This document shows, one piece after another, positions 1-10,982 of a stretch of 64,000 bases of DNA. The stretch comes from an uncultured delta proteobacterium (GTDB lineage: Bacteria; Myxococcota; Myxococcia; Myxococcales; Myxococcaceae): the NCBI GenBank assembly GCA_963771175.1, contig CAVYSY010000028.1, forward strand, positions 80,042-144,041, in the 5' to 3' direction. Position 1 is the first letter of the stretch; each line of letters starts with the position of its first letter. The position numbers and the translations under genes are program-made. Under the pieces are notes generated by a model. That model did no database searches. It was not told the DNA's origin and worked only from the letters and a program-made list of their open reading frames with translations.

Positions 1-94
1 GCGGACGGCCGGGCGGACGACGCGGACTCGGACTGCCGGTGAGGGCCTCGCCCTCCTTTTGGACAACAAGGAGGTTGGCCAACAGGCTTGTTGG

Positions 95-664
95 CTACAC
101 CTCCTCGAAATACGTCCCGGTGGCGCCGATGCGCTCCAGTGCGTGCTTGATCTCCTGGGAGACGATGAGAGCGACCGTCCATCCCCAGGTGCGGAATACC
201 TTGGCGTCTCCTACTTTCGAGGGATCGATCCGCATCCCGTAGACATCCCGGTACTGCCCGACCTTCTCGGGTCGTCCATCCTCCGGGGTCCAGATCTCCA
301 CCTCCTTGCATGCCGCATCATCGATGCACCGGAGGGTCTTGGTCGCGACGAGGATGCAGAACTGCTCCGGCTGACCTTCGACCTCCACGGGGAAGAGCTG
401 CACGTCCTCGGGAGCAAGCTCCGCGAACACGGTGGCCACCCGGACGTGGACCAGGGGAATGGCGAGACCCGCGAGAGAGAAATCAAGCGGCTTGCCAGGA
501 CGGTCAATGGCGATCTTCAGGCGTCCCGGGTTGGGAAGACGCCTTCCGTCCGTGAACATCCACGGGTCGTCCACTTCCCGGCCACTCGGATCCGCAGGGT
601 TGTGGAGATACCAGCGACCCGGCACATAAACGTCATCGGAAAGGTCAAAGTACCGCTTTGGCAT
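95..664 (-). CDS. Imm11/DUF1629-like immunity protein
   Basis: 189 aa ORF (LDFSLAGLAIPLVH...DVQLFPVEV...CIDD...VFRTWGWTVALIVS) directly downstream of an AHH nuclease toxin, the usual myxobacterial pairing. Confidence 0.8.
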   Translation of the reverse strand: MPKRYFDLSDDVYVPGRWYLHNPADPSGREVDDPWMFTDGRRLPNPGRLKIAIDRPGKPLDFSLAGLAIPLVHVRVATVFAELAPEDVQLFPVEVEGQPEQFCILVATKTLRCIDDAACKEVEIWTPEDGRPEKVGQYRDVYGMRIDPSKVGDAKVFRTWGWTVALIVSQEIKHALERIGATGTYFEEV

Positions 665-679
665 GTGAGGACCCTGACG

Positions 680-2032
680 TCACTGGCTCCGAGTCACCAA
701 CCTGTTCAGTTCGGTGCCTTCCGTCGAGACTTGACGCGCCAACCTTCGGAGCTCCGCCGTCAATGCCTCTCGGCAATGCTGGACACTGCGGCACGTTCTC
801 GTTGCTTCCATCAGTCGCCTGAAGATCCTCGCATGGTACTCCCGCGGATGTGGCCCCCTGTGGCCCTGGACACGAACGATGTTGGCCGGGTCGTTCAGTG
901 ACATACCTGCCTTGTCGAAGATCTTCTGGAACTGAGGCGACCAGGGGCCGCCATTGTCCGTGGAATCCCACCACTTGTCCGTGGCGATGTGGTGGTCGTG
1001 TCCCCGCGCATCCACCGGGCCGGCAGCACCAGCACCCATCCCCCGCGCCGCCATGGCAACCGCGCCAGGAGCAAGCGACAGGGTGATGGCCTCGCCCGTC
1101 ACGGCAACCGCCTCCACCTGGCCCACGGCCGAGAGCTGGATGCCTGCCTGTGCCCCGGCCTGCATGGACGCCTGCGCCGAGCCGGGCAACGTCGGCACCG
1201 TCGACGCGAAACCCGCCGCCGTGTTCCCGATGGCCGCTGTGGCGAGCAAGGCGAAGGCGCGCGCCGCGTTCCGTCCCATCACCTTGCCGTACCGCTCTCC
1301 TGCGCCGCGGAGCTCGTCGAACGTGGTGGCCTGGTCCGCCTCCTCCACCAGCCGTTTGAAGCCCGTTATCAGCCCCCAGAAAGTATCCACGCCCAGGTAG
1401 ACAATGAGGGTCGCGGTCATCACCGCCGCGAGGCCCTTCGAGACCGGCTCCGGTAGCGACATGAGGATGAAATACGTGGTGCCCGTCCACAACGCCGCCG
1501 CCAGCATGGCGTGCGGGTCGGCCATGTCCTTGAAGGCCTCGAGCATTTCCTCGAGCACCGCGCCCTGGGCCAGCGCCATGGCCAGCGCGTAACGGCCATC
1601 CCCGTTCACCGTGGGGCACTCCACCAGCAAGCGCAGGCAGTCGCCCTTCCTCCCAGTGCGCTCGCACCAGCGCAGGTAGGCGTGGGTCAACTCCACGTCC
1701 GCTTGCAGCTGCTCCGACCCCCGCGGAGTACCCTCCACAGGGGTCACCCCATGGGTCAGGGGGTTGAACAGATACGATCCGCTGCGCGCTTCCACCTCCA
1801 GCAGCCGCCGGGCGGCCTGCTGCGGGTTGGCGGAGGGCCGTACGCTCCGGGACAACTCGGAGACCGCCTCCTGGAACTCGTCTTCCTCCAGCTCGACCGG
1901 CTCGAATGCGCCGATGCGTGGAGTGAGAACAATGGGCGCCCCCTGGCCCGTGTCCAGGCGCACCACGCGAGCCGTGGTGCAGCCGGTCGTGAGCCACAGC
2001 AGCACCAGCGGCATCGCCCAACACGATTTCAT
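680..2032 (-). CDS. SitA5-like polymorphic lipoprotein toxin with C-terminal AHH nuclease
   Basis: Lipobox LTTGC, VVRLDTGQG and YLRWCERTGRKGDCL conserved blocks, C-terminal DHHIAT...LNDPANIV...GHRGPHPREYH (AHH/HNH fold). Confidence 0.85.
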   Translation of the reverse strand: MKSCWAMPLVLLWLTTGCTTARVVRLDTGQGAPIVLTPRIGAFEPVELEEDEFQEAVSELSRSVRPSANPQQAARRLLEVEARSGSYLFNPLTHGVTPVEGTPRGSEQLQADVELTHAYLRWCERTGRKGDCLRLLVECPTVNGDGRYALAMALAQGAVLEEMLEAFKDMADPHAMLAAALWTGTTYFILMSLPEPVSKGLAAVMTATLIVYLGVDTFWGLITGFKRLVEEADQATTFDELRGAGERYGKVMGRNAARAFALLATAAIGNTAAGFASTVPTLPGSAQASMQAGAQAGIQLSAVGQVEAVAVTGEAITLSLAPGAVAMAARGMGAGAAGPVDARGHDHHIATDKWWDSTDNGGPWSPQFQKIFDKAGMSLNDPANIVRVQGHRGPHPREYHARIFRRLMEATRTCRSVQHCREALTAELRRLARQVSTEGTELNRLVTRSQ

Positions 2033-2073
2033 GGAGCACCCCTCTCCCGATGATGCAGCAAGCGCCTATCCGC

Positions 2074-3241
2074 TCACCCGTGCTCGCGGTCGAGCTTGTC
2101 CAGCACGGAGCGCGCCTGGGCGTCCTCCTGCTGGTGGGCCTGCACCTCGGCCACCTCCCGCCAGCGAATCCACCCCTGGCTCGCGGCGTGGCGGGCGGCC
2201 GTCGACCGTGTCGTCCACCATCAGCATCTGGCTGCCGTGCGGCGCGCACGTCCTCGGCGATGAGGGCCAGCTCGCGCTCGCGCCCCGCGCGGTCCCACAC
2301 GTTGCGGATGTAGACGCAGCGGATCCGGCCGGGGAACTCGCGCACGATGGTGCGGTAGTGCTCGGCGTCCTCCTGCCCGCTGTCGCCGATGAGAAGGAAG
2401 GGCAGCGGCGCGAGCGAGCCCATCACCTCGCGGATCTTGTCCAGCTTGTGCCCGTGCCCGCCGCCGGGCGCGAAGCCCGTCGCCGGCTCAGCCCCCAGTC
2501 GCGCAGCAGCAGCGGCCCCGCGGGAATCCGGTGCAGCCCGAGGAACTCGTCCAGGTGCTCGTAGAGGTTCCACGGGCTGGAGGAGACGTAGAAGATGGGG
2601 TTGCACGCCGAGCCGGTGCTCCCCTCGTGCAGCGCCTCGTAGAAGGCGTCCACGCCCTCGAAGGGCAGGCGCGTGCGGTGCTCGGTGAGGAAGAGCGTCC
2701 AGGCGCGCTTGAGGAAGTTGGTGACGTTGGTGACGATGACGGTGTCGTCGATGTCGCTGATGACGCCGTACTCCGAGCCGCGGCCCCGGCCACCAGCACG
2801 GGCGCCCGCGCGCGCTCCACTGCCCTCGGGGGCCGGCGACGGCAGCTCCAGCTCCACGTCGTGCCAGCCGGGCCGCGCGCCCGGCGGGCGGCTCCACCCA
2901 CAGGTCCAGGAAGCCCTCCTCGTCGGTGATGCCCCTCCCAGCGGTGCTCGCCCCAGCGACGCCTTCACGCGGCGCCGGGAACCTCCACGTCGTGTAGCGC
3001 TTCCACGAGGCGATGGCGCTGCCCAGCAGCGTGTGGCGCTGCCGGGCGGGCGCACGTGCCGGTCCTCCAGCACGCGCGCCTTGACGACGGGCGCGCCGGG
3101 GCGTCCGTAGCCGCGGTAGGGCAGGATGCGTGGCGGGCGGGCCAGCCCCAGCTTGCGCCGGAGCCTCCAGCCCCACGACTCGACGTGGTGCTCGACGTAG
3201 AAGGCGAGCCGGATCAGGGCATTCGGCGGCTTCCGGGACAT
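2074..3241 (-). CDS. App1/DUF2183 family phosphatase (several frameshifts)
   Basis: GVISDIDDTV, FYVSSSPWNLY, GPLLLRDWG and FLLIGDSGQEDAEHY motifs spread over different frames. Confidence 0.8.
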
Positions 3242-3359
3242 GAGGGCGGGCATCTCCGAGGCCCACACTCGCCCCGTCCGCGCCTCCCGTCAACGGAGAC
3301 GCGCGGGCCCCTCTCGCTCCGTGAACACCCCGAGCCCCCGCTGTCGGGCCTCCGCCGCC

Positions 3360-3990
3360 TCAGGAGGGCTCGCGCGCGAACAGCACGAGCGGGTGGAGGA
3401 GCAGCGCGAAGGCCTCGCGCACCGTCCAGTAGAAGCGGTCGAGGGCGCGCATGTTGCGCTCGGTGAGGAAGGCGGGGCTGGTGGCCACCTCGAAGCCGTG
3501 GAGCCGGAAGTACTGGCGGGCGCGCAGCAGGTGGTACGGGTCGGAGACCACCACCACGCTGCCGCGCGCCGAGCGAGCGCAGCAGGTCCGCGGAGAAGCG
3601 CGCGTTCTGCTCGGTGGAGTGGCTCTGCTCCTCCAGGAGACAGGCCTCCTCGGGGACGCCGAGCCGCACCGCGAGCTCCTTCATGACGCGGGCCTCGGAG
3701 GGCGGGTTCACCCCCACGCCGCCGGAGAAGAGGAGCCGGGGGGCGAGGCCCTGGTGGTAGAGTTCCACCGCCTTCTCGATGCGGGCGCGCAGCGCGGGAG
3801 AGGGAGAGCCCCCAGGCAGCACCCGGGCGCCGAGCACCACCACGACGTCCGAGCGGACGGCGCGCTCACGCTGGCCGAAGCGGTCGACCACGAAGGCCAG
3901 CCCGTAGACGCCGCAGGTGAGCACGCCGACGAGGGCGAACACCCAGCGCCGGAGGGGGCCGGGCCCCTTCCTGAGAGCAAGCGGAGGCAT
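3360..3990 (-). CDS. YdcF/DUF218 family protein (one frameshift near 3560)
   Basis: VVVLGA, LFSGG, SEA, EEQSHSTEQNA then VVVSDPYHLLRA in a second frame. Confidence 0.85.
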
Positions 3991-4013
3991 GGAGCGCAGG
4001 GTACGCCATCGGC

Positions 4014-4589
4014 TCAGCGGGAGGGGAGCCGGCGGAAGGACTCCGGGTAGTCGAGCACGAGCCCGCTGGAGTCGACGCACAGCTCGGCGCGGTAGCCGGA
4101 CTCGAGGCTCTCGAAGAGGTAGAGCTCGGGGCCGAGGCAGATGTAGCGCTGGCGAGCGCGGCGGACGGTGAGATCGGGCACGGAGAGGAAGACGACCAGC
4201 ACGTCATCGGACGAGTCGGGCGCGAGCCCCAGCCGGCGGATGGGGAGGGTGTTGGTGAAGGGGGTGACGGAGATGTCCACGTCGATGCAGCCGTCGAGCT
4301 CCGGCAGGGGCCGACCCTTGTCGTCACTCCACAGGCCCGCGCCGTCGGAGTGAAGGGAGAGGCGCGAGTCACTGCCGAGGAGGGCGAGCTCCACCTCGCG
4401 GACGCGGCAGGCGGAGTCGGCGCGCAAGTAGTAGCGAAGGGAGAAGGGGCGCCCCTGGTCCGAGACACCCTCGACGGAGCTGTGCGCGGTGAGACCCTTG
4501 GGGGCCTCACGCAGCACCAGGTGCTCGTGACCCGGGCCGGACCAGGGGGCCCAGGCGACGTGTTGCTCGTTCATTCTCGGGCGCAGCAT
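4014..4589 (-). CDS. Putative glycolipid-binding domain protein
   Basis: LDGCIDVDISVTPFTNTLPIRRL...RQRY...VDSSGLVLDYP signature. Confidence 0.8.
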   Translation of the reverse strand: MLRPRMNEQHVAWAPWSGPGHEHLVLREAPKGLTAHSSVEGVSDQGRPFSLRYYLRADSACRVREVELALLGSDSRLSLHSDGAGLWSDDKGRPLPELDGCIDVDISVTPFTNTLPIRRLGLAPDSSDDVLVVFLSVPDLTVRRARQRYICLGPELYLFESLESGYRAELCVDSSGLVLDYPESFRRLPSR

Positions 4590-4596
4590 ACGGGAG
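4499..4596. repeat. Direct repeat copy 1 (~97 bp; 5' end of the glycolipid-binding gene)
   Basis: TGGGGGCCTCACGCAGCACCAGGTGCTCGTGACCCGGGCCGG...TTCATTCTCGGGCGCAGCATACGGGAG recurs nearly identically at 6661-6757. Confidence 0.95.
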
Positions 4597-4607
4597 ACTG
4601 GCTCATT

Positions 4608-5662
4608 TCAGTCGAGGAAGCGTCTCCACCAGCGCCGGGCCTCATCCTCGGTGAAGCGAAGCGAGGTGTACCGGGGCGGCTCAACGGCCCCCAGGCTCCA
4701 CGGCAGGAACAGCGGCTCGAGCCAGGGCTCCAGCACCTGGGCGAGCTCGCGGTACGCGGGAAGGGTCTTCCCGGTGGCCAGGTCTCCGGCTTCCGGCCGC
4801 TCTCCCAGGGACACGACGACGCGATTCCCGGCGAGCTCCACCAGCGTCGTCTCGGAGGTGTGCAGGCGGGAACGAAGGGCCGCGGCGCCGCCGAGCCGGG
4901 TGAGAACGGAGGGGCCGAGGAAGTTGAGCCAGTGGACTCCATCCACCCGAAGGCCCATGGATTGCGCGGGGCCCCAGACAGTTCGGAGGTCGATGCCAGG
5001 GTAGCGCAGGGCCTCGGCGCGCAAGGCGTCGTTCGAGCGCCGGAAGAGCCCGGGATAGGGGTGAAGGGCCAGGCCGGCATGCCCGGAGGCGAAGAGAAGC
5101 CCGGAGGTCATGTCGAGGACCAGCTCCCGCACGCGTGCGGGCCCGTGCTCCTCGACATACTCCATGGGAAGTGTCGCCGTGAGCAGGCTCACGAACCCGT
5201 CTTCGGGGGCAGGCCGCCACGGAATGCGAGCCCGGTACTCGAGCTCATAGCCATTTCGACTGGCGAGGCCTCCGGTGAAGAGCAGGCCCCTCTCGAAGCC
5301 TCGCTTCTCGATCTGCACCTGCTCTCTGTCGTTGAAGTCATCCGGGAAGGACCAGGGCTTCGTGTCCTCCAAGAGCCGGCGAACCCAAATCCATCCTCCT
5401 CGGTCAGGCGCGAGCCTTCGCTGTAATCGATGTGAACGAAATTGATCGTCCTGGGCCCTTCGCCAACGGCACGCATGTAGCTGTCGATGGCATGACTCAC
5501 TCCGACGGAGAGCTCGGGGTGGTCGTGCGGCAGGTAGAAGGCAAGGCGGAACACCTCGCGCGCAAGCAACTCTCGCCGCGGGTACGGCACGTCGCCGTCA
5601 GGAGGCTTCCAACCCCAGGGATTGGGGCCACGCAGGCGAAGACGTGGGTAGCAACCCGTCAC
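4608..5662 (-). CDS. DUF3396 (TsiV-like) immunity protein (frameshift near 5390)
   Basis: ATLPMEYVEEHGPARVRELV, FASGHAGLAL, RYPGID, VDGVHWLNFLG, YRELAQVLEPWL, WWRRFLD; start overlaps the toxin stop (GTGA). Confidence 0.85.
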
Positions 5663-6588
5663 GGATTACCCCCAAACGGCTTGAGCCCAACCGGTGTCAG
5701 GAGGACCACCCGGCAACTCTTGGAGAGTTTCTGGTAGACCTCCAATTGCTCCTGCACCCCAGGAGACCTCATCGGATCGAGTTTGTGTCTTTCATAGCAA
5801 GGGAACTTGAATTCGTAGACACACTGCATGTCGGTGGCGTTCCGGGTGGCATGCACGTACGACGTCAGGCTGAGAGACCCAGGACTTGTTATTCGTGAGG
5901 AGGGCGCCATTGACATCAGCGTCTCCCTTGTAGCGCGGCTCAATGGAGAAGTTGCCGCGAAGCTCCTCCGGGAGGCGAGCCTTGATGCAGGCGAAGGCGG
6001 CGGCGTGCTTCAAGCCCCAAGCTCCTGGGCGAGGGTGATGCGGCCTCCCACCCTCATCGACCCCACGTGCCGGTCACACTCAGTGTCGTTCGGGAACTTT
6101 CCATTCTTGAATTTGAAGCCGCCCTCGCGCTGCTGGTAGGTCTCGTTGACGTCGGCGTGGGCCTGCGCCACACACTCCCGAAGAGTGGCTTCGACGAGAT
6201 CCAACTCCGCGCCAGTGAGGAGCCGCTGAACGGTGAGGAGGCCCTGGGCGGCCTCCAGGGTCTGGACGACGCCCTCGACGAGCCCGGAGCCAGTCCGAGA
6301 GACCGCTGGCGCGAGAAGCTCCCCCGTGCTCGGGTTGACCGGGGCGGCACACGTCACGCCACACGACTGGTTGAATCGAGAGCGCTCCCCGTTGAGCTGC
6401 CCTCCCCAGGCGGACTGAGGCCCTAAGCGAGCCGAGCGGCCGGAGAGCACCGTGCCGAGGTTGTCGCGCGGTGCGTGCGGGGTGGTGGAGCAGGAGAGGC
6501 AGAGGAGCGCGGCGGTCGAGATGGCGAGGAGGAACCGCGAGGGCGACGGAGCCCGAATCGAGCGTGAGCCAGTTTGAAGAGAGGACAC
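5659..6588 (-). CDS. Lipoprotein toxin with probable PD-(D/E)xK nuclease tip (frameshifts)
   Basis: Lipobox LLCLSC; reconstructed C-terminus KHAAAFAC...IEPRY...PDVV...CVYEFKFPC; translationally coupled to the DUF3396 gene. Confidence 0.7.
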
Positions 6589-6660
6589 CGCACATTCTCC
6601 AGGTCATGTCACAAGTGTCACAAGGCATCCACTCCACAGCGAAGCGCAGGGAGCGGCGCG

Positions 6661-6757
6661 TGGGGGCCTCACGCAGCACCAGGTGCTCGTGACCCGGGCC
6701 GGACAGGGGGCCCAGGCGACGTGTTGCCCGTTCATTCTCGGGCGCAGCATCCGGGAG
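6661..6757. repeat. Direct repeat copy 2 (truncated 5' end of the glycolipid-binding gene)
   Basis: Near-identical to 4499-4596; minus strand reads MLRPRMNGQHVAWAP then diverges. Confidence 0.95.
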
Positions 6758-6926
6758 CCCCGGCCCAGGGCAACCTGCACGCGCAGGCTCATGTGCCCAC
6801 CGGGTTGCTCGCCGCGTCTGGAGTGGTCATAAGGTGCCCGGGAGTGAACCAACCGCTAACGTAGCGCTGGACGAGGTGACCGGATGAGTGGTGTGCTGGC
6901 CGCGCGTCACTCCTTTGAACCTCCGA

Positions 6927-8132
6927 ATGAGAACGATCAGAACGAAGACCGCGATCAAGGTGCTGGCACAGTCGGACATTTCGCTTTTCAAGGCCCATCA
7001 GAGACTCTCCAACCAGAGGGCGCTCACTCTCAATAGTGAGGTCTTCATCGAGCGGTTCTACCCGGGGCTCCGGGGCTCCTATGAGCCCGTGCTCTTTCCC
7101 TTGACGATCATCGGACCCGGGGCAAGGGGAGCTCACCAACTGACGCGCATGGCCATGCGCTCACCGGGAGCAAGGGACTGGCACATCAAGGGCGAGCCCA
7201 TCCATGACCCGGCCGAAGAGCCGGGTCGCTACGACCAGATCGCGAAAAACGACTTCGCCCTCATGGCCTTCGGAGGCACCGAGCAACCGCAAGCCGTGAC
7301 GATCATCCTCGTCTCGGCCGCCGAGGACGCCGAACTGCACGCCGCCATCGCAGCCCGCTTCGAGTTGCCCACACAGCACACCATGATAGAGGTCTCGGAG
7401 ATAGCCATTGAGCATCTACGGGCCACCACCCTCGATGCCTATCCCGACAACGAGCACCCGCTCGACCTGCTCATCTCGGGCGATACGGTTGAAGATGTGC
7501 TTTTCGCCACCGGAACTCCCCGCCCTACCAACGCGCGGCCCCTCCGTCATCCGGTAGCGGTATCCCCCGAGAACCTTCTCCAACAACTTCTCGCTGCCCT
7601 GGAGACCACTCGAAGAGGCGAAGAGCTCTTCGGGGTCTGGCTCACCGCCACTGGCCACGAAGAAGACGACTTCAAGTGGGTTTCACAGACCCATGCGCGC
7701 TCAGCGTACGACTACGAGGTGTACGCAGCCAGGTGGCTCAACCCCGCAGTGCATGCCTATGTCGAGGTGAAGACGACGTGCGGGCCCTTCAAGCGGCCAA
7801 TACACATGAGTCTCACCGAACTGCGATTCGCGGCGGAGACGGAGAACTATCGTATCGCGCGCCTGTACAAGCTCGATGATGAGACGCCGAAACTCCGAAT
7901 CCTCACCGGCGTCCAGGCCGTTGCCGTGCGGCTCATTGAGAAGCTCGGCGCTCTTCCAGATGGAGTTGCAGCCGACAGCCTGCAAATCGATCCGGGTGTG
8001 TTCGAGGTCGAGCTGGAGACGAACCTCCCATCGCCAAAATCCCTTGGATCAGACGAGACTCTCCTCGTCCCTGGGAGCCGCTCCGTCGAGTTCGCGTCGG
8101 ATCTCGGGAGGAAGGGGCCGGTCCAATTCTAG
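6927..8132 (+). CDS. DUF3883-like PD-(D/E)xK endonuclease with possible B3/EcoRII-N-like N-terminal domain
   Basis: C-terminal SAYDYEV...YVEVKTT...IHMSLTELRFA...YRIARLY; N-terminal AIKVLAQSD...NQRALTLN; start codon uncertain (6888 or 6927). Confidence 0.7.
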   Translation: MRTIRTKTAIKVLAQSDISLFKAHQRLSNQRALTLNSEVFIERFYPGLRGSYEPVLFPLTIIGPGARGAHQLTRMAMRSPGARDWHIKGEPIHDPAEEPGRYDQIAKNDFALMAFGGTEQPQAVTIILVSAAEDAELHAAIAARFELPTQHTMIEVSEIAIEHLRATTLDAYPDNEHPLDLLISGDTVEDVLFATGTPRPTNARPLRHPVAVSPENLLQQLLAALETTRRGEELFGVWLTATGHEEDDFKWVSQTHARSAYDYEVYAARWLNPAVHAYVEVKTTCGPFKRPIHMSLTELRFAAETENYRIARLYKLDDETPKLRILTGVQAVAVRLIEKLGALPDGVAADSLQIDPGVFEVELETNLPSPKSLGSDETLLVPGSRSVEFASDLGRKGPVQF

Positions 8133-10820
8133 AGCGACGGTCATGGGAGCATCCCCATCGGCGCCAACGACCTTGACCTCACCCAGGTAGAGAGCGGGCT
8201 CGTGCGAGCGTCCCTGGACGAACAGGTGCAGCGTCGAGCCGCGCTCTTCATGTTCGAGCACCCTCCGACCGACCTCGTTCGTCCGCGTCATCTTGTTCTG
8301 GCTGGTCCACGAGAAGCGCTGCTCCGAGATGAACCGATTGCGATAGCGATGCGTCTCCTTCGCCGTGCTCGTATCGAGCTTGGTAATGATGACGCCATGC
8401 TGCTCGAACCAGAGAATGCCCGCGTTGTGGCGCGCGGGGTCGTACTGCCTCCCAAAGTAACGGACGATTTCCGGCCGGGTGTATTGCGCGTAGCGCGACA
8501 GATCCGCCGGCGTGCGGAGTACGCCGCCATGGCGCTCCTGGTGGTCCTTGTTCACGGTGTACAGCAGGCGGCCCTCCACCTGTGGCAGCAATTCCGGGCC
8601 GAGCGCCGCGATGATGGACCTCGCCAGCTGAGTCCCGGTGAGCACCTCCGACGGTACTTTCTTGCGAAGCGTCTCCCAGGTCCGAGACGTGTCGTCGAGC
8701 GGCGCGTGCTCGGCTTGCCATTGTGGGTACTTGCGGAAGAACTCCTCGTAACCGGACTGTGGGTCGTCAGGACGCGCGGCCAGTCCCCAGAGAATCGCGT
8801 AAGGGCCAACGCGTTGGGCCTGCCAGTCGGTCTCGGCTGCCGCGAGGAGGAGCTGGGCGGGATGCTCCTCCGGGAGCCCCTTCGCCCATGCGGGGAGATC
8901 CCCGTGGGCCTGCTGGCACTCCAGCCATGAGCCGTAAGCCGCGCGGAAGTCACTGAGCTCCGGCAACTCCTCCCGGTGCCAAAGGTCGACGGGAAGCGGT
9001 GGCCGACCCAGCTCGCCACGGAGCGTGAGGTAGGCTTCAGCACAGCGCTCCCGTCGGGTCGTATGCCGGCGAATCTTGGCGAGGAGCTCTCGTGTGCGTT
9101 TCTGGAGGACGACCTCGCAAGCCCGCGGCGGCTTCAGGGTGAATCCCTCGACGACGTCGAGGCGCGCCCCCGTCCCCTTCGGGTCATGCAGCGCCTTCAA
9201 CGTGACCCACGCACTCCGGTGATGGCCCACGAAGTCGAGGACCGTCAGGACCTCCGTTCCCGGAAAGAGGCGCAGCCCTCGCCCGAGCTGCTGGAGGAAC
9301 AGCGAGGCCGAGTCCGTCGGCCTCAGGAAGAGGAGCGAGTTGATGGCCGGGATGTCGACACCCTCGTTCAGGACGTCGGCGACGAACAGCCACTCGAGTG
9401 GATCCCTTACGTCCGCCAGCCGGGCGTAGATGCGTTCGCGCTCCTGGATCGACAGATTCCCCGAGACGGCCACGGCGTCTTGATGCCGTCGCTTGAAGGC
9501 CTCGGCCATGAACTCCGCATGACGGATGCTGGCACAGAAGCCAACGGTCGCACGCTTCGGCCCATCGAAGCCGCGCATCAGTGCCTGTTCGAGCACCAAC
9601 TCGGCGCGCGCATCGATTGAAAGCTCCCGCTCCAGGACGTCGATGGGAATCTTCCCGTTACGCCAGGGAATCCGCGCGAAGTCGACCGTCTCGTCCGCGA
9701 TGCCGAAGTAATGGAACGGAAGGAGCCAGCCACGATCGACCGCCTCGGGCAGACGCATCTCGTAGGCGATGTTCCAGTTGCACCACTCGAGCACGTCATG
9801 CCCATCCTGGCGCTCGGGGGTTGCCGTCATCCCGAGGAGGAATGCGTCCTCGACGAGCGCGCGGAGCGGCTGGTAGCCCGGAGCTTCCGCGTGGTGGAAC
9901 TCATCGATGATGACGTAGTCCCAGCGACGGCTGAGCAGCGAGTCGTTACCGCGAAGGCTCTGGATGGTCGCGAAGATGATCTCCGCGTCCACGTCCTCCT
10001 GACCCCCACCGACGAGCCCGAGGCGACGGTCGCGGAGCACGCGGCCAAAAGCCCTGCGGGCCTGCGTCAGGTGTTCGAGACGATGCGAGACATACAGGAC
10101 ACGTCGCGCCCGACTCGCGGCGACATCGAATGCAGCCAGGAACGTCTTCCCCAGGCCGGTGGCGGCGATCACCGCGGCACGACGCTCCCCGCGTGCACGG
10201 AGCTCGGCCAGCTTCCGCAAGGCCTCGCGCTGCGCCGAATTGGGCTCGGGTGCCGGCTCCAACTGATCGGCGGCCACCAGGAAGGGCCTGGGCGCGCTCT
10301 CGGGTCGTCGGCGCAGGCGGTAGCCGTGAATCAGCTCGCGTGAGAGGGGCCGCACATCCGAGCGACTCCAGAGCGCCTCGAATTGCCGCTGGGTCTGCTC
10401 GATGCGAGCCCGCTCCAGGGAACGGATGTTCCACTCCAGGTTGGTGGCGAGCCCACCCTTGGTGAGGTTGGAGGAGCCCGCCCAGCATTCCGCGCCAGTG
10501 CTCCCGCGAAACCACCAGAACTTCGCGTGGAAGCCGGTCGGGCCTTCCTGGACCCGGCATTCAACGCCTTTCATTCCCAGGAGCGCCTCCAGCGCCTCGG
10601 GCTGCGTCACGTCCTGGTAGGTGGACGTGAGAATCCTCACGCGGCCTCTCCTGGCGACCAGCTCTTGGAGGGGATCGACGAGGAGTTGCAACCCGCTGCA
10701 CCGGGTGAAGGAGACGGCGAGCAGTGCCTCTTCCGCCCCCGCGAGGCCCCCGCGCACGGCATCGAGCATGCGGGGCTCGCCGGGGAGGTTCAGGATGGAG
10801 TGCTCTGGGTCCGCAAGCAT
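8049..10820 (-). CDS. PLD nuclease - SF2 (ResIII-like) helicase - DUF3427 fusion
   Basis: FHAK...GSSNLT...NLEWN (PLD), ATGLGKT, DEFH, TATP, NEGVDIP, QQLGRGLR, C-terminal YRNRFISEQRFSWTSQN. Confidence 0.9.
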   Translation of the reverse strand: MLADPEHSILNLPGEPRMLDAVRGGLAGAEEALLAVSFTRCSGLQLLVDPLQELVARRGRVRILTSTYQDVTQPEALEALLGMKGVECRVQEGPTGFHAKFWWFRGSTGAECWAGSSNLTKGGLATNLEWNIRSLERARIEQTQRQFEALWSRSDVRPLSRELIHGYRLRRRPESAPRPFLVAADQLEPAPEPNSAQREALRKLAELRARGERRAAVIAATGLGKTFLAAFDVAASRARRVLYVSHRLEHLTQARRAFGRVLRDRRLGLVGGGQEDVDAEIIFATIQSLRGNDSLLSRRWDYVIIDEFHHAEAPGYQPLRALVEDAFLLGMTATPERQDGHDVLEWCNWNIAYEMRLPEAVDRGWLLPFHYFGIADETVDFARIPWRNGKIPIDVLERELSIDARAELVLEQALMRGFDGPKRATVGFCASIRHAEFMAEAFKRRHQDAVAVSGNLSIQERERIYARLADVRDPLEWLFVADVLNEGVDIPAINSLLFLRPTDSASLFLQQLGRGLRLFPGTEVLTVLDFVGHHRSAWVTLKALHDPKGTGARLDVVEGFTLKPPRACEVVLQKRTRELLAKIRRHTTRRERCAEAYLTLRGELGRPPLPVDLWHREELPELSDFRAAYGSWLECQQAHGDLPAWAKGLPEEHPAQLLLAAAETDWQAQRVGPYAILWGLAARPDDPQSGYEEFFRKYPQWQAEHAPLDDTSRTWETLRKKVPSEVLTGTQLARSIIAALGPELLPQVEGRLLYTVNKDHQERHGGVLRTPADLSRYAQYTRPEIVRYFGRQYDPARHNAGILWFEQHGVIITKLDTSTAKETHRYRNRFISEQRFSWTSQNKMTRTNEVGRRVLEHEERGSTLHLFVQGRSHEPALYLGEVKVVGADGDAPMTVALELDRPLPPEIRRELDGAAPRDEESLV

Positions 10821-10982
10821 TACGACCAGGTTAGCTTGCTCCGCCGAGATTCACTCAAGCCGATCTCCCAGTACTCCTACCAGGCAGAAGCCTCCCCAGG
10901 TGCTTGACGGGCGCACTCGCGCCTCCGTGTAGTTCCGGAACCATGGTTTCCGGCCCATGCGGCTCGCCGGGGGAGGAATGGC

